From IMG/VR virus record IMGVR_UViG_3300013127_000001: a stretch of DNA of 54,890 bases, one strand, 5' to 3'. Shown one piece after another: positions 1 to 9,692 of this stretch. Source of the stretch: an uncultured virus (IMG/VR IMGVR_UViG_3300013127_000001). Taxonomy: Duplodnaviria > Heunggongvirae > Uroviricota > Caudoviricetes. Within the stretch, counting starts at the first letter, position 1. Every line of letters begins with the position of its first letter. The position numbers were made by a program, and so were the translations under genes. A model generated the notes under the pieces. That model was not told the origin of the DNA. It searched no databases and saw only the letters and a program-made list of their open reading frames with translations.

Positions 1-1
1 A

Positions 2-2080
2 GTTCCATTTTCGCAAAGATTTGTTGATACGACTGTCTGGATCGTTTGCCGTTTCTTTACTGGTAAGCTTGCTCTTCATGCCGCCCATCCTGGCGCAAAA
101 GCTGGCTTTGCGCCCTGCACGCTCGCCTTTGGGATTGCTTTCAGTAACTGGCGGCTTGATGTCGTGACCCTGTGCTTTGAGGCTGGCACGGCCTTTAGCG
201 TTAAGCCCGCCTGAATCGCTCTGGCCTTCTTCGCGGGTCCAAGCACCTTCAGCTTGCTTAACTGCCAGTCGAGCCATTTTTTGAATTGGCGAATTGTCGT
301 CAAAGCCACATTCACCGTCAGGCTTACCGCAACCACAGCTACACGCTTCAGCTCCTGCTTTCAAACTACCAAGACCGCCAGAAGCTGCGCCGGAAAGCAT
401 ACCTGTCAATACGTTCATTAATCGACTTTTATCTTTTCCAGTTTCAGGATTTACGCCAGGGTTTTCAGCTAATCCTTTCAAGCCACCAAAAGCGCTACCT
501 AAAACCAAGCTAGGAACGGCATTCATTGCCAATTGCGCTATAGCGTTTGCTTTCTTTTCTTCCTTTGGTTTACGCTCAAATTTCTCTTTCTTCTCAGCCT
601 CAGGTTTAGCTTCGTTAGTCGCTTCAGACTCATCATTTTCAAACAGCTCAGGGTAGCTGGCCCGCATCGCATCTAACTTGGTGCGACCACGAAGCCGGTC
701 ATAGAGCACCTCAGGCAAACCACGGGGAAAGTTGCGGGTAATGCCGCTTTTGCGAGGATGGTTCCATCGCAAGCCGATATAGGGGCTAATGCCGTAATCA
801 GAGTTGACAGAAGGAGTAACGCCCATCGAAAAGCCTTTCCGGGGGCCACCAATGTCGATACCAGCCAACGGTATGGGCAACGTGCCTAGCAGATTGGTGT
901 AGCCAAGCTCGCCACCAATGCCGCGACCTTTAGGATGCAGGCCCAAACTACCGCCGCCCCAAGCTAAAAACGCCTGCTTAATGTGCTGGTCGATGTTTGC
1001 TTGCTTCACTTTACTTTTTTTTTTCTTACCTGAACCGGCCGGTCGACAGCTGTCTTCACTGTAAGGTGCCTTGCCGGGTACAGGCTCATAACCTTTCCAG
1101 CAACGGGCTTGCTTAACTGCTTCCCGGGCAAGTAAAGCTACATCGCTTATGGAGAACGCCTCTTTTTCTTCCATTTTTGATCTACGCTCAAACGTTTGAG
1201 GTTTGCTTTCAGTCGGACTGGCAAGCTGCGTTTTGATGTTCTGACCGTAACCATGAAGTAAAGATGCGGGCGGGCCTACATAAGGTAGGTTACCAAGCGT
1301 ATAAAGGGCACTGCGAGCGCCACGCTGCTCAGGAATTGTTCGTTCACCTCGCATTGCTTTGACAGCTTCAACCTGTCCAGTGCGGTGCGGTCCACGCAAA
1401 GGCAACAGAAAAGCAGACAAAGCTGACAGCTTAGGATCTTTAGAATTAACTTTACCGGCCGCAGAATCTTCGTCATAAAAATGTCCGATTCGCTTCATTT
1501 CATTACGACGAACACGACCTGCATTTAACTTACCAGCTATTGCTCCAAGAAGCGCACCTGCACCGCCAAGTGTAGTAGGGGCTTCGCCGCTTGCTCTGCC
1601 TGTGAGGTAGTTTAAGCCTATACCAGCTCCTGTGCCTAATAACCCACCTAACCCTCCACCAACTAAAGAGTGACCAACAGTTTGCATATAAGGATGACGC
1701 ACGCCAAAAGTAGTCTTTTCACCAATAGCATCAGCCATGGCCTGAGTTCGACCCGCACGTTCTCCACCCCAATGTACTGGAGCTAGGTAATCAGCTAACG
1801 CTCCGCCCACGCTGTTCATGTCCACAATCTTCTTAGAAGGCGAATCTTTCTTTTTAGGCTTGTCTTCGTCTTCGGCCGCTTGCTTGACTGAAACCAAGAG
1901 TTGAGCGGCTTGGCGATGCAGCATGTTCAACGCGTCGCTGGCTTCTTTCTCTTTGACCTTCTCTGGCAGCTTTTTACCGCGGCTGGAATCATTCCATTCG
2001 TCGACATCTACACCCTGTGACTCAAGTTCTTTGCGGTTAGCGTTGAAATACTTGCGCTGAGCGTCTGACTTATATGGCAT
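2..2080 (-). CDS. Large modular virion-associated protein, truncated at the window edge, with a C-terminal DUF6321-like motif
   Basis: Not in the ORF track. Read manually: the frame is open from ATG 2080 (MPYKSDAQRKYF...) to the left edge (...RKASFCARMGGM...DPDSRINKSLRKWN). Gly-rich hydrophobic stretches and recurrent KQA/KEA motifs. Confidence 0.7.
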   Translation of the reverse strand, partial: MPYKSDAQRKYFNANRKELESQGVDVDEWNDSSRGKKLPEKVKEKEASDALNMLHRQAAQLLVSVKQAAEDEDKPKKKDSPSKKIVDMNSVGGALADYLAPVHWGGERAGRTQAMADAIGEKTTFGVRHPYMQTVGHSLVGGGLGGLLGTGAGIGLNYLTGRASGEAPTTLGGAGALLGAIAGKLNAGRVRRNEMKRIGHFYDEDSAAGKVNSKDPKLSALSAFLLPLRGPHRTGQVEAVKAMRGERTIPEQRGARSALYTLGNLPYVGPPASLLHGYGQNIKTQLASPTESKPQTFERRSKMEEKEAFSISDVALLAREAVKQARCWKGYEPVPGKAPYSEDSCRPAGSGKKKKSKVKQANIDQHIKQAFLAWGGGSLGLHPKGRGIGGELGYTNLLGTLPIPLAGIDIGGPRKGFSMGVTPSVNSDYGISPYIGLRWNHPRKSGITRNFPRGLPEVLYDRLRGRTKLDAMRASYPELFENDESEATNEAKPEAEKKEKFERKPKEEKKANAIAQLAMNAVPSLVLGSAFGGLKGLAENPGVNPETGKDKSRLMNVLTGMLSGAASGGLGSLKAGAEACSCGCGKPDGECGFDDNSPIQKMARLAVKQAEGAWTREEGQSDSGGLNAKGRASLKAQGHDIKPPVTESNPKGERAGRKASFCARMGGMKSKLTSKETANDPDSRINKSLRKWN

Positions 2081-2131
2081 GACATACGTCCTTGTGTTGC
2101 TGAGGTTATGGGTCAATTCGTTATTGTGGTA

Positions 2132-2491
2132 TTAGTCCTTATCAAACTCAAGGGTAATACCGTTGGTAAGAAATTCAAAGATCAAATAAGTCGATCCACA
2201 TTGTGTGCAAACGGGCCGATGCAGTCTACAGCTTTTCCTGCCCAGCTCTAACTCTAGATCAAAGCAGTGACCAAGCATTCCGTATCGCTCAGCATACTTG
2301 GTAAATGTGAATCGACTCGCAAAGTGCAAGTTTAACTCTAGCCTGGCAAATTCCGGATTTTGAACAAAATGCCATTTTGTTGCCCTCAACGGACGCAGTT
2401 TTGGATCGCCTAAATCCTTAGCGATTAAGACGTTACGTCTGCTTTGTGCTTTAAGCATCGTATAGGGATCAACTGGCTTGGATGGGTTCAT
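2132..2491 (-). CDS. Hypothetical protein with CxxC motif
   Basis: 119-aa ORF with CTQC, in line with neighbouring genes. Confidence 0.55.
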   Translation of the reverse strand: MNPSKPVDPYTMLKAQSRRNVLIAKDLGDPKLRPLRATKWHFVQNPEFARLELNLHFASRFTFTKYAERYGMLGHCFDLELELGRKSCRLHRPVCTQCGSTYLIFEFLTNGITLEFDKD

Positions 2492-3209
2492 GCGTGTAAA
2501 AGATGCTGTAGATGCTCCAGTAATCCAAACTCAACAAAATGTTTTTATGGCTTTTTTTCATTACCGGCGTAGTAAGCGCTTTCTCAACCGACCACTTTAG
2601 CTTAACCAAGCGAAACCATAATGTGTCTTGGTTTATACCCTGAGTCCTAGCCCATTGGCAGAGATTTTTGGTCACGCCATTCCAAGTTATTTTATGGTTA
2701 GTTCGTCTGTTGTTTGCTTGCTCTTCTTTAGTAGCCCAGCGACAGTTTCCTGGCTCGTAATGCCCCTTATTATCTATTCTGTCTACTTCAAGTTCTGGCG
2801 AAGGCGGAAAACCCATGTCTTCGATAAAATTTCTTAAACCGTATACTGGATCTAACCAACGATCACACACTTTAATTGGTTTTTCTCGTCCGCCATACCG
2901 GTGATAATTCACATGTTTCTTGTCGTAACAGCGACGAATTATTCCCAAACGCCTAAGCGCCATTAGGCGTACCATAGGATCAGGATGCTTTAGACCTGCT
3001 TTCCAACCAGTTGTAACTTGTGCGCAAGGCATACAACTTTTACTCTTGCCGCAGCGCAACTCCGTCAAACGAATTTTTTTTATTGTACCGCAAACACATT
3101 GGCAAGGTACATATGATGCAGTTTTATCCCCAATGCGTTTAATAAACGCAGGCCCGATCGTAGTCCACTTGCCATACGTTGTTGGAACAAAGTTCTCTTC
3201 AGTCATCAT
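2469..3209 (-). CDS. Free-standing HNH-type homing endonuclease
   Basis: CQCVCG...KSC, YGGR..IKVCDRW, EDMG.PP and VDRIDNKGHYEPGNCRW are motifs typical of phage HNH endonucleases. Confidence 0.85.
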   Translation of the reverse strand: MMTEENFVPTTYGKWTTIGPAFIKRIGDKTASYVPCQCVCGTIKKIRLTELRCGKSKSCMPCAQVTTGWKAGLKHPDPMVRLMALRRLGIIRRCYDKKHVNYHRYGGREKPIKVCDRWLDPVYGLRNFIEDMGFPPSPELEVDRIDNKGHYEPGNCRWATKEEQANNRRTNHKITWNGVTKNLCQWARTQGINQDTLWFRLVKLKWSVEKALTTPVMKKSHKNILLSLDYWSIYSIFYTHEPIQAS

Positions 3210-3504
3210 TAGCCTTTCCATAAGGTAACATTTTAGGACCCCAGGGATTAGTACGTTCCAATCCCTGTTCTTCCTCAGAGTAATAAGTCACATTCACAAT
3301 CATTTTTCGCTTCTTGGCTTCTTCATTTGCCCAGTCAATCAAATGCGCACTGTTGAGCCCGCACTGGAGTTGTTCCCCCTTCTCATCCTCAATGCGATAT
3401 CCTGCGCCGTAACAAATTACCGCCTTCCAATTAGCTGCTGGAGGTGTTTTGTCTTCGCACACAATCATGAATATCGCCAAAAGAGCAATGAGACGTGGAA
3501 CCAT
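3199..3504 (-). CDS. Hypothetical protein with hydrophobic N-terminus
   Basis: 101-aa ORF with a signal-like N-terminus (LIALLAIFMIVC). Confidence 0.5.
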   Translation of the reverse strand: MVPRLIALLAIFMIVCEDKTPPAANWKAVICYGAGYRIEDEKGEQLQCGLNSAHLIDWANEEAKKRKMIVNVTYYSEEEQGLERTNPWGPKMLPYGKANDD

Positions 3505-3511
3505 GATTCAC

Positions 3512-3838
3512 CTAACTAGAAGCTTTGATGCTCGGTATCGGCCCAACGTAGCAGTACCAACCAGGTAACTGCTCCTTGTCAGGCACCTTCAAAGAAACAG
3601 AAATAAGCTCAGGCTCAGTTGTTTTACAGTTACCACCATAAGCCCATACACCCGCATACTCCACTGTCAGCCACTCCCACTCAAAGTAGTCGCGGTTATA
3701 ATGGTTTCTGTGGTGTTCTCTATGCACACGCTCCAGTTGCTGCAAAGCATCGTCAAGATCTCGCTTAACCGCTTTACCTTGAGCTCTGATCTGCGCTACC
3801 GAATGTGGCTTCTTTTGTGGACCAATATTGTCACTCAT
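3512..3838 (-). CDS. Hypothetical protein
   Basis: ORF; likely start MSDNIG at 3838, overlapping the previous stop. Confidence 0.55.
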   Translation of the reverse strand: MSDNIGPQKKPHSVAQIRAQGKAVKRDLDDALQQLERVHREHHRNHYNRDYFEWEWLTVEYAGVWAYGGNCKTTEPELISVSLKVPDKEQLPGWYCYVGPIPSIKASS

Positions 3839-4055
3839 GCTTAGGTTCCTTCGGTTGAAACTGTCCGCGGCCAAAAGTCAGGTTGTTTACTGCACGAATG
3901 TCTCGATTCGTAAACTCCCAAATCTCACCGGTGGCTTTGACAATGCAAGTAAAGACTTTCTCAGTCTCTACACCATACTCCGTAACCAACCACACAGTGG
4001 CTCTGCCTTTCGGCGTTTCAACTTCCAAACAATTTTGAGGCTCATAAATTATCAT
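3831..4055 (-). CDS. Small hypothetical phage protein
   Basis: 74-aa ORF (VETPKGRA...TGEIWEF) in tight operon spacing. Confidence 0.6.
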   Translation of the reverse strand: MIIYEPQNCLEVETPKGRATVWLVTEYGVETEKVFTCIVKATGEIWEFTNRDIRAVNNLTFGRGQFQPKEPKHE

Positions 4056-4191
4056 TGGGTTTACTTCCTTGCTTAAACTTCTTCTCCTGAGCTTCCCGCT
4101 CAGCTTTCTTTTGCTTCTGATGATGCAACGCTAGTCGGCGCAAAGGCCGACGTGCCTTTGGCTTTTTTTTAGTCATTGGTAACATTCAGGC

Positions 4192-4770
4192 TCATTGAGC
4201 AAATACACCTACATAGGCACGACCTGTACATCCGTGGTGATTCTTAAAGTCTATCACATTTCCTCGAAAAGCATGAAAAGATGAACTAATCCATTTGTCT
4301 AAAAGTTCCTGGGTAAGCATTTGCGGATGTCCTTCATGTGGCGGAATATCCACCCACTCAAAAATCCGAAATACAGAGCCAGCTCTTACACAGTTATGAA
4401 TGATGCGCTCAGGATCTTCCGTATGCTGAAGGCAGTTGTATAGCCACACTTCGTCCCAGCCGGTTTCGTCTAAGTCTTCTCCTCGAGCTTGACGAACAGC
4501 AATGTTAGCCGAAGCATAACGGTCAACAGTCCACTGCGGATATTCTAACGGATCCCACACCAAACCAGCAGCAAGATTAGGTACTTTTAGCAGCATACTT
4601 ACCGGACCACCACCGACGTCTAAAATCCGTAATTTAGGACGCGGTACAATTCGATAGTGCTCTATTGAAAGCCCCATACACCTGGCATAGACATAGTGCT
4701 TCTGCTCTTCATCAAACGTGTTACAACAGTTGCCCCAATAATTAGCTTCAAACGCAAATTCTTGTGACAT
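4192..4770 (-). CDS. Class I SAM-dependent methyltransferase-like protein
   Basis: ILDVGGG motif I and WDEVWLYNCLQH post-II motif. Confidence 0.75.
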   Translation of the reverse strand: MSQEFAFEANYWGNCCNTFDEEQKHYVYARCMGLSIEHYRIVPRPKLRILDVGGGPVSMLLKVPNLAAGLVWDPLEYPQWTVDRYASANIAVRQARGEDLDETGWDEVWLYNCLQHTEDPERIIHNCVRAGSVFRIFEWVDIPPHEGHPQMLTQELLDKWISSSFHAFRGNVIDFKNHHGCTGRAYVGVFAQ

Positions 4771-4776
4771 ACAAAC

Positions 4777-5091
4777 CTAGCGTTTAGTTTGAGTGATAGA
4801 AATCGAATTGTCTGGATTAGCCATGTCGCCCGGGCGCTTTACCTGCGTGACAGGATCTGGGCTAATTCGGATACGTTGTCCGTTGGTTAACTGAACACCG
4901 TAGTTGTTGTCTACCGCGAAAACTTCCGTCGGCCGATTCTTCGCTAAATAGTCTTTCGCCCATCCGATAAAACCATCTGCGGGGTTGTAAAGACCCGCAT
5001 GACTTTTCGTTTCAGCGCGATAAGCCGCTTCTAAAAACGAAATCAAGTCTGGAAGCTCACCTGAAGCGCCAGTTAACGTTGTGGAAAACAT
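4777..5091 (-). CDS. Hypothetical protein
   Basis: Likely start MFSTT at 5091, preceded by a purine-rich RBS-like sequence. Confidence 0.55.
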   Translation of the reverse strand: MFSTTLTGASGELPDLISFLEAAYRAETKSHAGLYNPADGFIGWAKDYLAKNRPTEVFAVDNNYGVQLTNGQRIRISPDPVTQVKRPGDMANPDNSISITQTKR

Positions 5092-5155
5092 GTTAATTCT
5101 TTCCCTTGTTGTAATGGTTGAAAACAAAGTTACAGGACAAATAAGGCAATTTACC

Positions 5156-6448
5156 TTAGTCATTTACCCCCAAAAACTGGGCTAAACCGCTTGACAATTG
5201 GCTCTTGGAAATGTTGGCTTCCTTAGCCAGCTTCGCCAGTGTCGCAATTGGCGGCTTCAAATCAGAGATCATCGCATAAGCCTGCAAGCCTGGACTTGTA
5301 CCAATGTAAATACCGCGGTGTACGACACTGTTAGTGCCGCCTTTGAGCGTGCGATTCATTTGAGTGAATCCTGCGTCAAAGAAATCCAAACTCAAATTAT
5401 CAAGCACGTTTTGATCTCCCACAAACAAACAAGCACCTTTGCTACCCTGCTTCAGGTCAACTTCCGCAAGAACGTTGTTTGTAAGCTGATCTCGAATTGC
5501 CGCACTGATGTCCGCAGGGCTAGTGATATTCTGAAGACTTGCTGCACCCATAACACAAATGCCATGGTCAAGAAGTTGCGCTAGCTCAGAACGATCGAAC
5601 GTAATCAGCGGGCTATGCACTGCTGCCAACTGATTAAACAAGTGGAACAAAGCACTAACCGTGCTATTCGCCACATTGTAAAGCTGCGTCATTCCTGGGC
5701 GGTAAAGCGTGTTGATACGCGCATTGTCAATCAAGATCAAAGGACTGACCTTGAGCTCTAGCAGCCTTTGAAACGCTGTAACCGCATTTCGGCATACCTG
5801 CTGACCTTCAGTGTAACTAGGAATAGAGGCAATCACGCCAACGCGTGGCGGACGGCCCTTAGATTCCATGTACTCTCTCGCAATCTGCACCAGACGGCCG
5901 CTAGTGCCAGAACCAGTGCCACCACCCAGCCCAACACAGATCAAACCATAATCAGGATCGTTGCCCCAGGAACGTTGTAGCAAGTCCCAAATCTCTTCCT
6001 CGTGACCATTAAGGCTTTGTTCAGCAAATCGAGCGTCCTTTGCTGCACCGCCAAGCTGGAGAGTATGACGCTGAATCTCTTCAGGCAAACCCTGGAAGTC
6101 ACTTTCGGCAGTATTGAATAAGCCTACTCGGCGGTATCCAAGCTGGTAAAAGCTGGACGCCAACCGAGCGCCGCCCTGACCCGATCCCAAAAAGGCCAGG
6201 TTGAAGGCTACATCATAGTTGAAAGTATCTTTGATGATGACTTGCGTTGCTGCTTGTCGATGTGCAGATGGATCCAAAGCTGCGGCAACATTGCCAATGT
6301 TTACTGCTCCAGGCATCGGAATTGAAGGTGACGCCACGGCTACCGGTACAGGTGCGGCTACATTGACGGGAGTAGCGGACATGCCGCCAGAAGCTTTGCT
6401 CAATGAGTCATTCATCTGCTGTTCCACTGATTCGTTTGAGTTACTCAT
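5156..6448 (-). CDS. Tubulin/FtsZ-family GTPase (PhuZ/TubZ-like)
   Basis: LGSGQGGARLA, FNTAESD, the GLGGGTGSG tubulin signature, LIDN and FDRSEL motifs. Likely start MSNSNE at 6448. Confidence 0.9.
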   Translation of the reverse strand: MSNSNESVEQQMNDSLSKASGGMSATPVNVAAPVPVAVASPSIPMPGAVNIGNVAAALDPSAHRQAATQVIIKDTFNYDVAFNLAFLGSGQGGARLASSFYQLGYRRVGLFNTAESDFQGLPEEIQRHTLQLGGAAKDARFAEQSLNGHEEEIWDLLQRSWGNDPDYGLICVGLGGGTGSGTSGRLVQIAREYMESKGRPPRVGVIASIPSYTEGQQVCRNAVTAFQRLLELKVSPLILIDNARINTLYRPGMTQLYNVANSTVSALFHLFNQLAAVHSPLITFDRSELAQLLDHGICVMGAASLQNITSPADISAAIRDQLTNNVLAEVDLKQGSKGACLFVGDQNVLDNLSLDFFDAGFTQMNRTLKGGTNSVVHRGIYIGTSPGLQAYAMISDLKPPIATLAKLAKEANISKSQLSSGLAQFLGVND

Positions 6449-6521
6449 AACTGATCCTTCGACGGGTATTGGAAATGATTTTGGACCGTATTCGCCCGTC
6501 AGACGTATTCGATCCATGGTT

Positions 6522-7106
6522 TTAACCTGCCAAAACAGAGTCTAAAAAAAGATCAAGGTCCTCAAATTGCTTTTTGAAAATCTCTGCATTCGTAATTGTA
6601 AACACCTTTGGAAACAATTTCAGGTGTCGTCGATAGCGTTCTACATATACCTTGCGAATTGCTCTCAAGTAATTCTCAGGTGTTCTGCCGTAAGTCCATT
6701 TTACCAAAATGTTCAAATCGGCAATTTCGTCTGTTTGTATGTCAATGACAATGTCCGCAGCCACACGCCAAATGTCAAGGAACGGTGGTAATGCTGGAGC
6801 AGAAATAACAGTGTGAAACGGAAACTGCCGTATAAAATCAGCAGGACCTGGACAAGGTACATCGTAGTAAACAGGTAGCTTGTCAGAAAGTACTTCAACT
6901 CCTGCTGCATCGCAAATTGCTTTGATGATTGACTGGACTTCGTAGTTTTGCGCGTTGTGTTCAAACAACGATCTTCCGTAGTCTACGTCAATGTCTTGGT
7001 TTGGCCACTTAACAGCCCACCCTTTGCTTGCCAACCTTTTGTTGATGACGTTGGTAAACGCGCCAGGACTTCCAGCGACAATGATGTTTTTAAGATCGTG
7101 ACTCAA
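6522..7106 (-). CDS. Hypothetical protein, possibly a degenerate sulfotransferase/P-loop fold
   Basis: N-terminal IIVAGSPGAFTN loosely resembles the sulfotransferase PSB loop; lies in a glycosyltransferase cluster. Confidence 0.45.
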   Translation of the reverse strand: MSHDLKNIIVAGSPGAFTNVINKRLASKGWAVKWPNQDIDVDYGRSLFEHNAQNYEVQSIIKAICDAAGVEVLSDKLPVYYDVPCPGPADFIRQFPFHTVISAPALPPFLDIWRVAADIVIDIQTDEIADLNILVKWTYGRTPENYLRAIRKVYVERYRRHLKLFPKVFTITNAEIFKKQFEDLDLFLDSVLAG

Positions 7107-8173
7107 AGCACAAACTCTTTCATGATGAATTGCTCAAAAGCTGCTTGTTTCTTTTTTAGCTGTTGAGCGATTGCCGTTTGCATTGTGATCAACTCAGTTT
7201 CACTCAACATGAGTACGTCGTCTAACTTATTGTAAACCTCGACCGCGTTTATTTCAGCCAGTGGAAATGGTTTTTCATGTAAACCACAAGGTATCAAATA
7301 CCCTGTTTTTTTGTCTACGATGTGCCCTCCTACAGGAGGTATGTCGTGACAAATGATGGGAACCGTGGTTATTTGCAAATGCGATAGCAAAGAACCAAAT
7401 TGGTGTCTGGTTGTTGCTAGGTATATCCAGTCGTGCTGCCTAGCTAGATGTAAGTAATCTGTGTAGTCAGGGTTATTTGCAAAAAATACTCGATCTTCTC
7501 GAATAAATTTCAAGCTGCGTACTTGGTCACGATATGGCGTCGGTAACGCACCCACAAATGCAAATGTAATTTTCAGGTGTGGGTGGTTTTGCAACAACAA
7601 ATCAAAAAGGTCGAATAGTTCTAAGTCTACATCCAGAACAGTAGATCGATCAAAAAGCACTAAGAGACTGCGACTCTCTGGCTCTACAAATCCTTGCTTA
7701 CATATTAGAGGTATTGCCGGAGAAACAAGATTTGCCCAGGTACGCTTTGTATCTATGTCCGGATATTTTGCATCCAGCCAAATTGCCATTTCTTGCGCTA
7801 AGCAGATAGTTCGCTTTGTGCTTTGAAAAAACTTCACATAGTTTGTTGACCAATTACACCAGTGTGGAAAAAAGAAGTTTTTGGTTTTTCGTTTCGGTCG
7901 ATCGGCCATGACTAGCTTCGCGGCATCAAAAGCAAAAACATCAGGCGCAAACCAGCATAAATGCGTTGCATTATGCGCCCAGCGGTACAGGCTTTCTACG
8001 TTGCGAACCCGCCGCACTTTTTTATCCCAAACAGCATGAACACCCTGGTTAACTTTACCATTGGTCATGAAGTCTACGTCTAGACCGCAACGCACTAGCC
8101 AGTCAGCAAACTGAACAGCAGCCAAAGTTACTTCGTTTTTGGCGTAAGGCGCATAAATACCAACTTTAAGCAT
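7103..8173 (-). CDS. GT-B (GT4-like) glycosyltransferase
   Basis: C-terminal FG...VPIICHDIPPVGGHIVDKKTGYLIP resembles the GT4 nucleotide-binding domain. Confidence 0.7.
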   Translation of the reverse strand: MLKVGIYAPYAKNEVTLAAVQFADWLVRCGLDVDFMTNGKVNQGVHAVWDKKVRRVRNVESLYRWAHNATHLCWFAPDVFAFDAAKLVMADRPKRKTKNFFFPHWCNWSTNYVKFFQSTKRTICLAQEMAIWLDAKYPDIDTKRTWANLVSPAIPLICKQGFVEPESRSLLVLFDRSTVLDVDLELFDLFDLLLQNHPHLKITFAFVGALPTPYRDQVRSLKFIREDRVFFANNPDYTDYLHLARQHDWIYLATTRHQFGSLLSHLQITTVPIICHDIPPVGGHIVDKKTGYLIPCGLHEKPFPLAEINAVEVYNKLDDVLMLSETELITMQTAIAQQLKKKQAAFEQFIMKEFVL

Positions 8174-8200
8174 AGTACTCTCCTGAAAAAAGTAACCATG

Positions 8201-8893
8201 CTAATGTGGTATGAAATCAAAAAAACGAGAAGCGTCTCTTCGCCCTGGAATGATGCCGTAAGCTTGGTTCAATTTCCAAGCTACATAGTTGAAGCTAAGT
8301 TGATCTCTAAAGCTATGCTGTGCAATTTGTTCCCACCACAGGTCATTAAACTTTGCAACTTCTGCGCAGGTTTGTCGAAAAATACAAGCTGTTTCGACCA
8401 TACCGTTATAAGCTGGATAATTCTCAGCTCGGTATTTAGCAATCTGTTTTTGCATGAGTTTTGGATTGTCTTTTTGATAGCTAATACAGGCTTGCATTTC
8501 TTGATAAATACAAGAACGATCTGGATGTTTGAAAGTAGCAAGAACGTACTTGGCCTCCAAAGGAGCAACAAGTTTTGCGTAAATTTCAACTGGTTTGATT
8601 TTTTGAGAGCCATCAATCCATACCGTTTGCTCTGCTTCTTGCGGCAAAAGGTGACTATTTACTTTGTGCCATCTCGCTGTACGTCGTTTGCATAATTCAT
8701 GCTTCCACACAAGTGGACGAAGTTCCCAAGTAATTGCAGAGTTTGGATTGCGCCTAAATTCTGGTTTACTAACCATGTCAGTGTAGACTATGTAGCTCAC
8801 ATTAGGCTCCGCCACGCCTACTGAAGCTAGCAATGTCTGATTGATCTTATCGTAACTTCCTGTCACACAGCTGTAGACAATAAGCTTACTCAT
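8201..8893 (-). CDS. DUF616/TOD1-like glycosyltransferase
   Basis: IVYSCVTGSYD, WIDG, KHPDRSCIYQE and RDQLSFNY motifs. Start MSKLIV at 8893. Confidence 0.8.
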   Translation of the reverse strand: MSKLIVYSCVTGSYDKINQTLLASVGVAEPNVSYIVYTDMVSKPEFRRNPNSAITWELRPLVWKHELCKRRTARWHKVNSHLLPQEAEQTVWIDGSQKIKPVEIYAKLVAPLEAKYVLATFKHPDRSCIYQEMQACISYQKDNPKLMQKQIAKYRAENYPAYNGMVETACIFRQTCAEVAKFNDLWWEQIAQHSFRDQLSFNYVAWKLNQAYGIIPGRRDASRFFDFIPH

Positions 8894-9687
8894 GTTTTGC
8901 GATACCAATTTCCACGTTTGTAACGATCTCCGCGAGACACAGCACGGTAATGAAAAACAAAGCTGGATAACGCGATAGCAGATCGCATACCTAACTTTGT
9001 CCACCGAGATTGTAACTCATCTTCGTTCAACGTCATTAACGGAGTGGGATTTCTACGTCCTTTTGCTGTGTGCGTATTTACTGGTCGATAGCAATGTCGC
9101 TCGTCATATCTACCTTTACGCCAACTGTCCGTATGCGCCATCTGGAAGAAGCCGTTAATCTTGCTTTCAACAACTTGCCCGAGCCGATTAGCGTGCAAGT
9201 AGCTAGCTATTTTTTCAAGCTCGTCAGGATTATCGTTAAGCAAATAATTAGGATAGTAGCGATCAACTTCCTGTTTGCCTTTTGCGGTTATACCTGGCGC
9301 ATTAGACAACGGTCCAACTAAGTGATAACCATTATCCAACGCATGTAGTAAGCCTTCGTACCATTTTGGCGTAAACAACACATCGTTGTTTCCGGCAATC
9401 GCATAGTCTAACTTCAAATCAATTGCGCGACGTAAACCGGCATTCCAACTTCTGGTTAATCCGCCATGCTTCTCATAATGAATTAGGTGTAGTTCAGAAT
9501 GCGGAAAATGCGAAAGCTCTGATTTAAGTTTGGTTTCGTAGCTTGTAGACCAACTTGACGAACCATCATCTACCACAATACCGACACCGTTTGGCGTAGT
9601 CTCAAAAAATGTTTCAAGAGATGCGATAGTGTAAGTATGTAGTTTTGCTGCGTCGTAAGTAGGACAAACAAAACCTATTTTGAGCAT
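8890..9687 (-). CDS. GT2-family glycosyltransferase
   Basis: VCPTY, VVDDGS, WNAG, NNDV and VGPLSN motifs. Confidence 0.85.
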   Translation of the reverse strand: MLKIGFVCPTYDAAKLHTYTIASLETFFETTPNGVGIVVDDGSSSWSTSYETKLKSELSHFPHSELHLIHYEKHGGLTRSWNAGLRRAIDLKLDYAIAGNNDVLFTPKWYEGLLHALDNGYHLVGPLSNAPGITAKGKQEVDRYYPNYLLNDNPDELEKIASYLHANRLGQVVESKINGFFQMAHTDSWRKGRYDERHCYRPVNTHTAKGRRNPTPLMTLNEDELQSRWTKLGMRSAIALSSFVFHYRAVSRGDRYKRGNWYRKT

Positions 9688-9692
9688 TACGA

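Noticed and set aside
76..1476. Short ORF-track calls at the left end
   Set aside because: Alternate frames of the single large minus-strand ORF 2-2080.
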